In this document: positions 18,793 to 28,478 of the stretch, in pieces
How positions within the stretch are numbered: the first letter of the stretch is position 1
Layout of the letters: every line of letters starts with the position of its first letter
NCBI GenBank assembly: GCA_045593725.1
Contig: JAZNXE010000011.1
Location: 1-60,464 of the forward strand
Length of the DNA: 60,464 nucleotides
Reading direction: 5' to 3'
From: Eubacteriales bacterium
Lineage (GTDB): Bacteria; Bacillota; Clostridia; Oscillospirales; CAG-272
Made by a program: the position numbers and the translations under genes
The notes under the pieces: generated by a model
What the model was told of the DNA's origin: nothing
What the model saw: the letters and a program-made list of their open reading frames with translations, nothing else
The model's database searches: none

Positions 18793-19461
18793 ATGGAACA
18801 TAAAAGATTAACTCTTTTTGCGGGGCATTATGGCAGCGGCAAAACCAATATTGCCGTTAATTACGCTATGCTTTTGGCAGAGGAAGGGAAGAAGGTCTGT
18901 ATTGCAGATCTGGATATTGTAAATCCGTATTTCAGAACCAAGGACAGCGAATGCGAATTGAGAGAAAAGGGAATTACTCTTATTTCTCCTCAATACGCAA
19001 ATACTAACGTAGATCTCCCTGCGCTTCCCGCAGAGAGCTACAGGTTGGTTCAGGATAGGTCCATATTCGGTATTATTGACGTAGGCGGCGACGATAGAGG
19101 CGCCTATGCCCTCGGTAGATTTTCGGATGCTATAAAGGCAGAGGGGAACTACCGTATGGCTTTCGTCATCAATAGGTACAGACCGCTTACATCTACCGTA
19201 GAGGATACGGTGGAAATTATGAGAGAAATCGAGGCGGCATGCGGAATTCGTTTTAACTGTATCGTCAACAACTCCAACATAGGCACTGAAACAACCAAAG
19301 AAATTCTTCTTGATTCGGTTGAGTTTGCCCAAGGAGTCAGTCGTGTGACAGGACTGCCGATATGGTTCCATACCGCTGAGAAAAATATAGTTGAGGGAAT
19401 TTCGGAAATTCCGATAATGCCCCTGACACTTCAAAAGAAATACTTTGATTTACCAAACTGA
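18793..19461 (+). CDS. P-loop NTPase associated with 2-oxoacid oxidoreductase operons
   Basis: GHYGSGKT Walker A, DLDIVNPYFR, DVGGD. Confidence 0.8.
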   Translation: MEHKRLTLFAGHYGSGKTNIAVNYAMLLAEEGKKVCIADLDIVNPYFRTKDSECELREKGITLISPQYANTNVDLPALPAESYRLVQDRSIFGIIDVGGDDRGAYALGRFSDAIKAEGNYRMAFVINRYRPLTSTVEDTVEIMREIEAACGIRFNCIVNNSNIGTETTKEILLDSVEFAQGVSRVTGLPIWFHTAEKNIVEGISEIPIMPLTLQKKYFDLPN

Positions 19462-19511
19462 CAGAATAAAAATATTTGTTAGCTGGCGGTCATTGAAATA
19501 GGAGGAAAAGT

Positions 19512-19718
19512 ATGGCTAAAGTAACCTTTAATGCGGATATGTGTAAGGGCTGTGGCTTGTGTGTTGACGCATGTCCCAAGAAATGTCTGGCGATTGCGCA
19601 GGATAAGCTTAACCCTAAGGGATATTCCCCCGCATTTATGCAAGAGCAGGAAAAATGTATTGGCTGCGCATTTTGTGCGACTATGTGTCCCGATTGCATT
19701 ATAACAGTAGAAAAGTAA
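19512..19718 (+). CDS. 2[4Fe-4S] ferredoxin, delta subunit of 2-oxoacid:ferredoxin oxidoreductase
   Basis: CKGCGLCVDACP and CIGCAFCATMCP. Confidence 0.92.
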   Translation: MAKVTFNADMCKGCGLCVDACPKKCLAIAQDKLNPKGYSPAFMQEQEKCIGCAFCATMCPDCIITVEK

Positions 19719-19739
19719 GATTAGTGAATGGAGAAAATT

Positions 19740-20801
19740 ATGGCAGAAAGAATTTTAATGAAGGGTAATGAGGCGATTGCAGAGGCTGCTATCAGAGCGG
19801 GCTGCCGTCACTATTTTGGATATCCTATTACACCTCAAACCGAGATTGCCGCATACATGGCAAAGAAAATGCCTAAGATCGGCGGAGTATTTCTTCAGGC
19901 AGAGAGCGAGATCGCCTCTATCAATATGGTATATGGAGCGGCGGCGGCAGGAATGCGTGTTATGACCTCATCTTCCAGCCCCGGAATTTCACTCAAGGCA
20001 GAAGGACTAAGTTACATAGCAGGCTCTGACGTTCCCGCGCTTGTCGTTAACGTACAGCGCGGAGGTCCCGGACTTGGAGGAATCCAGCCTTCGCAGTCTG
20101 ACTATTTTCAGGCTACAAAGGGTGGCGGTCACGGTGACTACCGTATGATCGTTCTTGCACCTGCTTCGGTTCAGGAAATGGCAAGTCTTACTATCAAGGG
20201 CTTCGATCTTGCGGATAAGTATTGTATTACCTCTATGATTCTCGCAGACGGAACCATCGGTCAGATGATGGAGCCAATCACCTTTGAGGATACTGAGCCA
20301 ACGGTGTATGAGAAGCCTTGGGCACTTACAGGTACCGAGTGCAAGCGTCCCCACAATATAGTAAATTCGCTTTATCTTAAGCCTGATGAGCTTGAGAAGA
20401 AGAACTTCGAACGCTTCGAGAAGTATGCTGAAATAGAGAAGAACGAGGCTATGTGGGAGGAATATATGATGGACGATGCAGAGATTTGTGTCGTTGCATT
20501 CGGCATTGCTTCCAGAATAGCTAAAAATGCAGTAGCAGAGGCGCGCAAAGCAGGAATTAAGGTTGGTCTTATTCGTCCTATCACGCTTTGGCCCTTCCCA
20601 ACCGCAGCACTCAGAGCGGCGGCAGATAAGGTTAAGTCATTTATCTGTGTAGAGCTTAGTATGGGTCAGATGATTGAGGACGTAAAGCTTGCTACCGAAA
20701 GCAAGCGACCTGTTGCGCTTTGCAACCGCACGGGCGGTATGATTCCTACTCCCGATGAGGTACTTGCTGCAATACATAAGGCAGAGAAAGGAGAATTCTG
20801 A
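19740..20801 (+). CDS. vorB: 2-oxoisovalerate (3-methyl-2-oxobutanoate):ferredoxin oxidoreductase alpha-type subunit
   Basis: [42 protein letters not shown]. Confidence 0.85.
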   Translation: MAERILMKGNEAIAEAAIRAGCRHYFGYPITPQTEIAAYMAKKMPKIGGVFLQAESEIASINMVYGAAAAGMRVMTSSSSPGISLKAEGLSYIAGSDVPALVVNVQRGGPGLGGIQPSQSDYFQATKGGGHGDYRMIVLAPASVQEMASLTIKGFDLADKYCITSMILADGTIGQMMEPITFEDTEPTVYEKPWALTGTECKRPHNIVNSLYLKPDELEKKNFERFEKYAEIEKNEAMWEEYMMDDAEICVVAFGIASRIAKNAVAEARKAGIKVGLIRPITLWPFPTAALRAAADKVKSFICVELSMGQMIEDVKLATESKRPVALCNRTGGMIPTPDEVLAAIHKAEKGEF

Positions 20802-20803
20802 TT

Positions 20804-21562
20804 ATGGCAATAGTATTTGAAAAACCGAAAGCATTGACAGATGCGCCGTTTCATTACTGTCCCGGATGTCCTCACGGTATAATTCACCGTTTGGTAGCCG
20901 AGGCTATGGACGAGCTTGGCATTGAAGGCAAGGCAATAGGAGTAGCGCCTGTTGGCTGCGCGGTTATGGCATACGATTATTTCGGCTGTGATATGATAGA
21001 AGCTCCTCACGGAAGAGCGCCTGCTGTTGCTACGGGCATTAAGCGTTGCCGTCCTGACAATATCGTATTTACCTACCAGGGTGACGGTGACCTTGCGTCG
21101 ATCGGTATGGCTGAAACGGTTCATTCGGCAGCACGAAACGAGAATATTACCGTTATTTTCGTAAATAACGCGATCTACGGTATGACAGGTGGACAGATGG
21201 CTCCTACCAGCCTTCCGGGGCAGGTTACCCAGACTTCTCCCTACGGACGTGACGTAAACCATTGCGGATGGCCTATAAAGGTTAGCGAGATGCTTGCGAC
21301 GCTCGAAGGACCCGCATACATAACCCGTGTTGCTGTAAATAACGTTAAGAACGTAAAAAATGCCAAGAAGGCAATCAAGAAGGCGTTCCAGAATCAGATG
21401 GAGGGTAAGGGATTCTCGTTTGTAGAGGTTGTTTCCGCTTGTCCTACCAACTGGGGAATGACTCCCAAGCAAGCGCTTGAATGGGTAGAGAGCGATATGC
21501 TTCCTTACTATCCCATAGGAGTTTATAAGGATAGATCTGAGAAGGAGGCTGCTGCAGAATGA
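20804..21562 (+). CDS. 2-oxoacid:ferredoxin oxidoreductase beta (TPP-binding) subunit
   Basis: HYCPGC, PVGC, YQGDGD...[15 protein letters not shown]. Confidence 0.92.
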   Translation: MAIVFEKPKALTDAPFHYCPGCPHGIIHRLVAEAMDELGIEGKAIGVAPVGCAVMAYDYFGCDMIEAPHGRAPAVATGIKRCRPDNIVFTYQGDGDLASIGMAETVHSAARNENITVIFVNNAIYGMTGGQMAPTSLPGQVTQTSPYGRDVNHCGWPIKVSEMLATLEGPAYITRVAVNNVKNVKNAKKAIKKAFQNQMEGKGFSFVEVVSACPTNWGMTPKQALEWVESDMLPYYPIGVYKDRSEKEAAAE

Positions 21563-22098
21563 AAACCACGGAAATTCTTATAGCGGGATTTGGCGGCCAG
21601 GGAATTCTTTTTTCAGGAAAGTTCTTGGCTTATAAGGGACTTTTAGAGGAGCTTCAGGTTTCCTGGCTTCCTTCATACGGACCTGAAATGCGCGGAGGCA
21701 CGGCAAACTGTAACGTAATTCTTTCTGATACACCCGTTGGATCACCTATTATCACAAGCCCCAACGTGCTTGTAGCCATGAATCTTCCTTCTCTTGAAAA
21801 GTACGTAGATTCGGTAATTTCAGGTGGACAGATATACGTTGATTCCTCTTTGATAGACGCAAAGGTAGAGAGAGATGACGTAGAGGTGTTCTATATTCCC
21901 GCAACTCAGATGGCAAAGGAAGAGGGAATTTCCAGCCTCGCTAATATGATTATAGTTGGACATCTTCTCGAAAATCACCCCGAGCTTTCCTTTGATGGAG
22001 TTGACGCGGTGGTAGAGAAGCTCGTCCCTGCCAAGAAGGCTGCTCTTAAAGAGCTTAATATAAAGGCTCTCAGCCTCGGAAAAAATTATAATAAGTAA
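21559..22098 (+). CDS. 2-oxoacid:ferredoxin oxidoreductase gamma subunit
   Basis: [18 protein letters not shown]. Confidence 0.92.
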   Translation: MKTTEILIAGFGGQGILFSGKFLAYKGLLEELQVSWLPSYGPEMRGGTANCNVILSDTPVGSPIITSPNVLVAMNLPSLEKYVDSVISGGQIYVDSSLIDAKVERDDVEVFYIPATQMAKEEGISSLANMIIVGHLLENHPELSFDGVDAVVEKLVPAKKAALKELNIKALSLGKNYNK

Positions 22099-22115
22099 TT
22101 TTGGAGAAAAATATT

Positions 22116-23150
22116 ATGAGTAACAAGCAGTTGGATTGGGCAAATCTTGGCTTTGGATATGTCCAGACAGATAAAAGATTTGTAGCAAACTTCAAGAACG
22201 GAGCATGGGAAGAGGGATATCTTACCGAGGATGCAACCGTTGTACTTAACGAGTGTGCAGGTGTTTTTCAGTATGCACAGACTGTATTCGAGGGCTTGAA
22301 GGCATATCGTACCGAGGACGGACGTATTGTTACCTTCCGCCCCGACCTTAACGCAAAGCGTATGGCTGACAGTGCAAGAAGACTTGAAATGCCCGCATAT
22401 CCCGAAGATAAGTTTGTTGAGGCAGTAGAGGCTGTTGTTGCGGCAAATGCTGATTTCGTTCCCCCTTATGGATCCGGCGCGACGATGTACCTTCGTCCCT
22501 TTATGTTCGGAAGCAATCAAGTTATCGGTGTAAAGCCCGCTACCGAATATCAGTTCCGTATATTTGCAACTCCCGTTGGACCTTACTTCAAGGGCGGTGT
22601 AAAGCCGCTGACTCTTCGCGTATGCGACCTTGACCGTGCGGCTCCTCGCGGAACCGGACACATAAAGGCAGGTCTTAACTATGCAATGAGCTTACACGCA
22701 ATCGTTGATGCACACAATCAGGGCTACGACGAGAATATGTACCTTGATTCCGCAACGAGAACAAAGGTAGAGGAAACCGGTGGAGCAAACTTCATATTCG
22801 TTACTAAGGACAACAAGCTGGTAACACCTAAATCGGATACTATTCTTCCTTCTATTACAAGACGCTCGCTTTGCTATGTTGCAAAGGAATATCTTGGAAT
22901 GGAGGTTGAGGAGCGAGAGGTTCTTCTTGACGAGGTTAAGGATTTTGCTGAGTGCGGACTTTGCGGTACGGCAGCGGTTATTTCTCCTGTGGGAAAGGTC
23001 GTTGATCACGGCACAGAGATATGCTTCCCCAGCGGAATGACCGAAATGGGTCCCGTTCTTAAGAAGCTGTACGATACCTTGACCGGTATCCAGATGGGAA
23101 GAATAGAAGCTCCCGAGGGTTGGATACACGAGGTTAAGATAAAAGCGTAA
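22116..23150 (+). CDS. ilvE: Branched-chain amino acid aminotransferase
   Basis: FEGLKAY, FRPDLNAKR, YLRPF, GTGHIKAGLNY, EETGGAN, GTAAVISP. Confidence 0.95.
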   Translation: MSNKQLDWANLGFGYVQTDKRFVANFKNGAWEEGYLTEDATVVLNECAGVFQYAQTVFEGLKAYRTEDGRIVTFRPDLNAKRMADSARRLEMPAYPEDKFVEAVEAVVAANADFVPPYGSGATMYLRPFMFGSNQVIGVKPATEYQFRIFATPVGPYFKGGVKPLTLRVCDLDRAAPRGTGHIKAGLNYAMSLHAIVDAHNQGYDENMYLDSATRTKVEETGGANFIFVTKDNKLVTPKSDTILPSITRRSLCYVAKEYLGMEVEEREVLLDEVKDFAECGLCGTAAVISPVGKVVDHGTEICFPSGMTEMGPVLKKLYDTLTGIQMGRIEAPEGWIHEVKIKA

Positions 23151-23191
23151 ATGATATTACCTTGCCGACCGTAATGGAATGGTGAAAAAGT

Positions 23192-23240
23192 AAAAAAGCG
23201 GACGTAAGTGAACGTTTAATTCACTTACGTCCGCTTTTTT
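23192..23240 (+). terminator. Intrinsic terminator ending the Ile T-box operon
   Basis: AAAAAAGCGGACGTAAGTGAA / TTCACTTACGTCCGCTTTTTT inverted repeat. Confidence 0.85.
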
Positions 23241-23548
23241 GTCGTTCAATATGAGAAATTACAAAACAAAATTTTATTATTAAAAATATTAATAATACTA
23301 TATAAATTTGATTTTGCAAACAGGGAATTGATAGCTAAATATCAAACTTTTTCGTGCTCTCTGGAGCCAAGAAGGGAAGAATTGATATTTTGCGATATAA
23401 TAACACCCATTTTTTAAAAGAAATGTAAAAAAAAGTAAATTATAAATTCAAAATGTGAAAAAACACCCTATTTTTGGGCAAATTGAAAGTTTTTTTGAAA
23501 AAGATTTCTTTTTTGAGAAGGAATTTCGGTCAAATTTAAAATTTGCTA

Positions 23549-23615
23549 TTGCATATTTTGGTGGATTGATTTATAATAATATCACCGAAGTGGGGAAAAG
23601 TGGAGCGTAGTGGTG
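23549..23615 (+). promoter_or_regulatory. dcw promoter with MraZ-binding repeats
   Basis: TTGCAT-17-TATAAT, then GTGGGG, GTGGAG, GTGGTG at 23590, 23600 and 23610 (10-bp period). Confidence 0.82.
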
Positions 23616-23708
23616 AAAAAACGGCGTAGAAGTCATTTGAAACCCACAAGCTTTCATAACCATATATAAAGAAATGATAAAAAGCATCTACGAAAGGAGG
23701 CAAAACAG

Positions 23709-24131
23709 ATGTTCTCGGGCGAATTCAAACACAGTATCGACGCAAAAAACAGATTGTTTATACCCGCAAAGCACCGTGAAGAGCTTGGAGAAAGCTTTAT
23801 GGTGGCAAAAAGCATCCGTGAAAATTGCCTCAAGGTGTATTCCATGGAGGAGTGGGAGGAGTACATCAGCCCTATCCTCAAGATGGAAAGAAAGGCTTCA
23901 GAGGCTATACTCAGAGCATTGCACAGAGATGCTTCTCAGGTATCTCCCGATTCTCAGGGAAGAATAGTTATTCCTGCCGCACTTGTAGTTTATGCGGGAA
24001 TCAGCAAGAGCGCGGTGGTAGTAGGCTGCGGTAAATACGCTGAGATATGGTCGGAAGAGAACTATGAGGCTATGGTAAGCGGCGAGAATATCGAGGATAT
24101 GAAGAATCTTCTTGAATCCTACGGACTCTGA
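23709..24131 (+). CDS. mraZ: Division/cell wall cluster transcriptional repressor MraZ
   Basis: MFSGEFKHSIDAKNRLFIP...DSQGRIVIP...AEIWS. Confidence 0.95.
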   Translation: MFSGEFKHSIDAKNRLFIPAKHREELGESFMVAKSIRENCLKVYSMEEWEEYISPILKMERKASEAILRALHRDASQVSPDSQGRIVIPAALVVYAGISKSAVVVGCGKYAEIWSEENYEAMVSGENIEDMKNLLESYGL

Positions 24132-24140
24132 CGGTGAACC

Positions 24141-25094
24141 ATGGGTGAGGAGAATAAAAGCATAGAATTTTCCCATCGCTCGGTGTTGCTTTACGAGTGT
24201 ATGGATGGGCTTGACATAAAGCCTGACGGAATATACGTGGACGGAACCGCGGGTGGCGCGGGTCATTCCTCCGAAATAGCAAGGCGCTTGGAGAGCGGAA
24301 GGCTTATAGCTATCGATCAGGACGAGACGGCGGTAGCGGTAGCCACTCAAAGATTAAACGCCTTGGGCAAAAATACCACTGTGGTGCGCAGCAACTTTTC
24401 CAATATCGCGCGCGTGTGCGAGGAGCTTGGAATTGATGCCATAGACGGAGTTCTCCTGGATTTGGGAGTTTCGTCGTATCAGCTTGACACGGCTGACAGA
24501 GGCTTCTCATACAGCGCAGATGCTCCGCTGGATATGAGAATGGATAATCGCAACACTCTTACGGCTTACGGTGTGGTAAATACCTACTCAACCGAGCAGC
24601 TCAAAAAAATTCTTTTTGAGTACGGTGAGGAGCGGTACGCGCCTGCCATAGCGTCAGCGATAGCAAAGCACAGAGAAAAAGCTCCCATAAAAACGACTGG
24701 GGAGCTTAGCGATATAATAAAATACGCGATACCGCCATCCGCAAGGGAGGGCGGACATCATCCCGCCAAGCGGAGCTTTCAGGCTATACGCATTGAAGTA
24801 AACGCCGAGCTTGACGTTATCGAGCCTGCTATAAGGGCGGCGGTAGAAAGATTAAACAAGGGCGGAAGGATAGCCATAATAACCTTCCATTCCTTAGAGG
24901 ACAGGATAGTAAAGCAGACCTTCGCGTCCTTAGCGTCGGGATGCACATGCCCAAAGGATTTTCCAGTGTGCGTTTGCGGAAACAAGCCTAAGGTAAGGCT
25001 GGTGAACCGAAAGCCCATACTTCCAAGCAAGGAAGAGCTTGAGGAAAATCCGCGTTCACGAAGCGCAAAGCTTCGCGTAGCCGAAAAGATTTAA
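24141..25094 (+). CDS. rsmH: 16S rRNA m4C1402 methyltransferase
   Basis: VDGTAGGAGHS, DLGVSS, FQAIRIEVN, FHSLEDR, NPRSRSAKLR. Confidence 0.96.
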   Translation: MGEENKSIEFSHRSVLLYECMDGLDIKPDGIYVDGTAGGAGHSSEIARRLESGRLIAIDQDETAVAVATQRLNALGKNTTVVRSNFSNIARVCEELGIDAIDGVLLDLGVSSYQLDTADRGFSYSADAPLDMRMDNRNTLTAYGVVNTYSTEQLKKILFEYGEERYAPAIASAIAKHREKAPIKTTGELSDIIKYAIPPSAREGGHHPAKRSFQAIRIEVNAELDVIEPAIRAAVERLNKGGRIAIITFHSLEDRIVKQTFASLASGCTCPKDFPVCVCGNKPKVRLVNRKPILPSKEELEENPRSRSAKLRVAEKI

Positions 25095-25138
25095 CATCAG
25101 GACAAAATAGAAACAAAATTTGAGGGGGTATTTAAGCA

Positions 25139-25987
25139 ATGGCAGAGTACAACAACGATTCCTACAATCGCTGTATCGCGGAGCTTCGCACACGTTACAG
25201 GGGCAGAGCCGTTTCTAACAATATGAAAAATGAGATGGCTGCGCTTATGGAAAAGGAAGCTTCAAGTAGAGATAATACTCCCGAGAGCTACATACTTTTT
25301 GATTCTCGCTCAAAGATAGCCGACAGCTATCGCAGCGGAACGTACAACGGAAGCAAATATATGACCTCTGATGATTTTGTCCGTTACTTCAAGAGCCGCA
25401 GAGCCTTCTATATGCCCTCCACCGTTAAGGCGGAGGAAGCAAAGGCGGAGGCTGCGAAGAACTCAGCTGTTCCCGCAAGAAAGAACGGCGCGTCCTCAAC
25501 GGGGATGACTCGCTCGGAGTCAGGCTCAAAGGAGGGTCACATACAAGGTCTGCTGTCTATCGCTAAGGAATTCGCAAAAAAATGGTTCCCTGTAGAAAGC
25601 CGAGAGAACAGGGGACAGGGCAGACGCTTCAGAGTGCCTGTATCCGCCATGGCGGGAATAGCGGTATTCGCCATATCCATGAGCCTTATAGTAAGCGGCT
25701 CGGTAATGGTGGGAAGCGCTACGGGACAGGTAGGACGTCTTGACAGTGAGATAGCATCCCTCAAGGTGGAGGAAGCAGACCTTCAGGGAAAGCTTGATCT
25801 GAAATATACTGTGGAAGAAATAGAGGCTGACGCTAAAAAGCTGGGCATGGTAAAAAGACAGTATGCGGATAGCGAATACATAGTGCTTGACGGCGGTGAG
25901 GAGATAGAGATATACGACGCTAAGGAAGAAGAAAATCTTGGACTTTCGGCTCTCCTGTCGGCGTTCGGTATAGACCCTAAGAATTAA
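25139..25987 (+). CDS. FtsL-like septum protein with long cytoplasmic N-terminus
   Basis: Position between rsmH and the PBP gene; single TM near aa 170-193, coiled coil, EEIEADAKKLGM motif. Confidence 0.6.
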   Translation: MAEYNNDSYNRCIAELRTRYRGRAVSNNMKNEMAALMEKEASSRDNTPESYILFDSRSKIADSYRSGTYNGSKYMTSDDFVRYFKSRRAFYMPSTVKAEEAKAEAAKNSAVPARKNGASSTGMTRSESGSKEGHIQGLLSIAKEFAKKWFPVESRENRGQGRRFRVPVSAMAGIAVFAISMSLIVSGSVMVGSATGQVGRLDSEIASLKVEEADLQGKLDLKYTVEEIEADAKKLGMVKRQYADSEYIVLDGGEEIEIYDAKEEENLGLSALLSAFGIDPKN

Positions 25988-26074
25988 GCAAATAGAATAA
26001 AGAAAAAACAGCAAACATAATATGTAAAGAATTCACAAAATTCCGAGTAAGGACTCGGAAAGAAGGAGAGATAA

Positions 26075-28426
26075 ATGAACGACGGTCCCAACAAAACGAG
26101 AGCGATAAAACGCTCAACGCTCGTGGGAATCTTAATCTTTGCCGCGTTCGGAGCGCTTCTATTGAGAATTCTGATTATACAGACGGTCAGCTTTGAAAAG
26201 TATCAGTCTAAGGTCATCAATCAGATGACTACAGAGTCGCCCGTAGCGGCAAACCGAGGCAAGATATACGACAGGAACGGAAACGTACTTGCCACTAACG
26301 TGACCACATACAGAGTGTTTATATCCCCGTCGGGAATAAGCGCGGCTGAAAAGAAAGACGGTAAGAAGTATTCGGATATAATTGCCAAGGGGCTTTCCGA
26401 GCTTCTTGAGGAAGTCAGCTACGAAAAGGTATATGAGCAAGCAACTAAATATACCGATAAGCTTGACAGAACCATAGTTCAGAAGGTATATGAAGAAAAG
26501 GCTGACGAGATAAGAAAATTTATAGCGGATAACAAATTTGAACAGATGATATTCCTTGAGGCGCAAAGTACACGGTATTATCCCAACAACAGCTTGGCGG
26601 CTCACATTCTGGGCTTTACAAGCAGTGATGGAGAAGGACTTTACGGACTGGAGCTTCAATATGACGAATATCTTGGCGGAGTTGACGGATACTACATAAA
26701 GGCGCGCGACTCCTACGGAAACGTAATGCCCTTTGAATATTCAAGCTATATCGAGGCAATAGACGGATATAATCTTACAACGACTATTGACAGTAACGTT
26801 CAGGCATTCCTTGAGGCAGAGCTTGCGGCAACCACCGAAAAGTACGCCGCCCAAAACCGCGCCTGCGGAATAGTTATGGATGTAAAGACGGGCGCTATAC
26901 TTGCTATGGCAACCTCTTCGCCCTTTAATCTTAATGACCCGTGGGGGCTTGACGACGTTTCCAAGAGCAGACTTGAACAGCTTGAGCTTGAAGGCTTTGA
27001 CAAGCAGAGCGATGAATATAACGACCTTTCCAGAGAGCTTTTGACAACTATGTGGTCAAACAAGGCGGTTACGGAAAGCTATATTCCCGGTTCGACATTT
27101 AAGATAATAACCTCCTCAATGGCTCTTGAGGAAAAGAAGGTCAGTCTTACGGAGGGAGTAAATTGCCCCGGTCACAAGACGGTGTTGGGTCAGGTAATAC
27201 ACTGTCACGAGAGAGAAGGACACGGAATGCTTTCCTTTGCGCAGGGCTTACAGCAGTCCTGTAACGTATGGTTTATGACCCTCGGTCAGCGGGTAGGTAT
27301 AGAGAGATATCAGGATTACGTAGAAACATTTGGATATACCGAAAAAACGGGAATAGACCTTCCGGGTGAGGGAAACAGTATTTTTAATCCCGAAATGAGT
27401 GAGCTTGACCTGGCTATTTACGCCTTCGGTCAGAACTTTAACGTAACTCCCATACAGCAGATAACCGCTGTGGCGTCGGTAGCCAACGGCGGAACGCTTC
27501 TCACTCCCTATCTTGTGGAGCAGATAAGCGACGATGCGGGAAATATAATATTTCAGCACGATACACAGGTGAAACGCGAAACGGTCAGCAAGGAAACCTG
27601 TGAGCTTATCTCAGATATACTTGAAGAAGGCGTTTCGGGAGAGGGCGGCGCGAAGAACGCTTACGTTGCGGGATATAGAGTAGCCGCTAAGACGGGTACG
27701 TCTGAGAAAAAGGAAAGAGAATGTCCCTTGTGCGGAAGCGCGGGTAAGCCCATAGAGATAGACGGTGAAGCATATTTTATTTGCAGTATATGCAAGCATA
27801 TAGGCGACAGGAGTGATTTTGCGGAGAGTGAGCAGTACGTTTGCTCAACAGTGGCGTATGCTCCCGCAGACGACCCTCAGATAGCCGTAATAATAATGGT
27901 AGATGAACCGCAGGGCTACGGTCTTTACGGAAGCACGGTTGCCGCGCCTTACGTGGCGAACGTTTTGGAAAACGCGATGCCCTACCTTGGAATTGAAGCA
28001 ATATATACCGATGCCGAGCTTGCGAAGATGGCAACAAAGGCGGGAAGCTATAAGGGCTGGTCGGTAGAGCGCGCTATCGAGTATATAGAACGCGCGGGAC
28101 TTGATTATAAGGTCATAGGAAACGGCGAGGTGGTAAAATCTCAGATGCCCGCCGCAGGTACATATATTGAGAAGATTTCGGGTAAGATAGTGCTATATAC
28201 AGAGGGAAGCCCTGATGAGATGGTCAGCGTTCCCGACCTTAGCGGTATGGTTGCCGCTACTGCAAATCAAGCGCTTGTAAATCTTGACCTGAATATAAAA
28301 ATAGAGGGTAGCGCAAGCTATCTTTCGGGTACGGGATACAGAGTGGTATCCCAGTCGGTTCCCGCGGGAACTAAAGTAGCTAAGGGAACGGTAGTGACCG
28401 TAACCTTTGCTAAAAAGAGCTCTTAA
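26075..28426 (+). CDS. Class B penicillin-binding protein (FtsI/SpoVD-like) with two PASTA domains
   Basis: RGKIYDRNG, RYYP, GLE..YD, PGSTFK (SxxK), SCN (SxN), KTG; C-terminal PASTA repeats. Confidence 0.93.
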   Translation: MNDGPNKTRAIKRSTLVGILIFAAFGALLLRILIIQTVSFEKYQSKVINQMTTESPVAANRGKIYDRNGNVLATNVTTYRVFISPSGISAAEKKDGKKYSDIIAKGLSELLEEVSYEKVYEQATKYTDKLDRTIVQKVYEEKADEIRKFIADNKFEQMIFLEAQSTRYYPNNSLAAHILGFTSSDGEGLYGLELQYDEYLGGVDGYYIKARDSYGNVMPFEYSSYIEAIDGYNLTTTIDSNVQAFLEAELAATTEKYAAQNRACGIVMDVKTGAILAMATSSPFNLNDPWGLDDVSKSRLEQLELEGFDKQSDEYNDLSRELLTTMWSNKAVTESYIPGSTFKIITSSMALEEKKVSLTEGVNCPGHKTVLGQVIHCHEREGHGMLSFAQGLQQSCNVWFMTLGQRVGIERYQDYVETFGYTEKTGIDLPGEGNSIFNPEMSELDLAIYAFGQNFNVTPIQQITAVASVANGGTLLTPYLVEQISDDAGNIIFQHDTQVKRETVSKETCELISDILEEGVSGEGGAKNAYVAGYRVAAKTGTSEKKERECPLCGSAGKPIEIDGEAYFICSICKHIGDRSDFAESEQYVCSTVAYAPADDPQIAVIIMVDEPQGYGLYGSTVAAPYVANVLENAMPYLGIEAIYTDAELAKMATKAGSYKGWSVERAIEYIERAGLDYKVIGNGEVVKSQMPAAGTYIEKISGKIVLYTEGSPDEMVSVPDLSGMVAATANQALVNLDLNIKIEGSASYLSGTGYRVVSQSVPAGTKVAKGTVVTVTFAKKSS

Positions 28427-28478
28427 GCTCGGCGCGTGCGCCACGGAAGTTGAAGTATAACGATTTTCGGGGGTGCGT

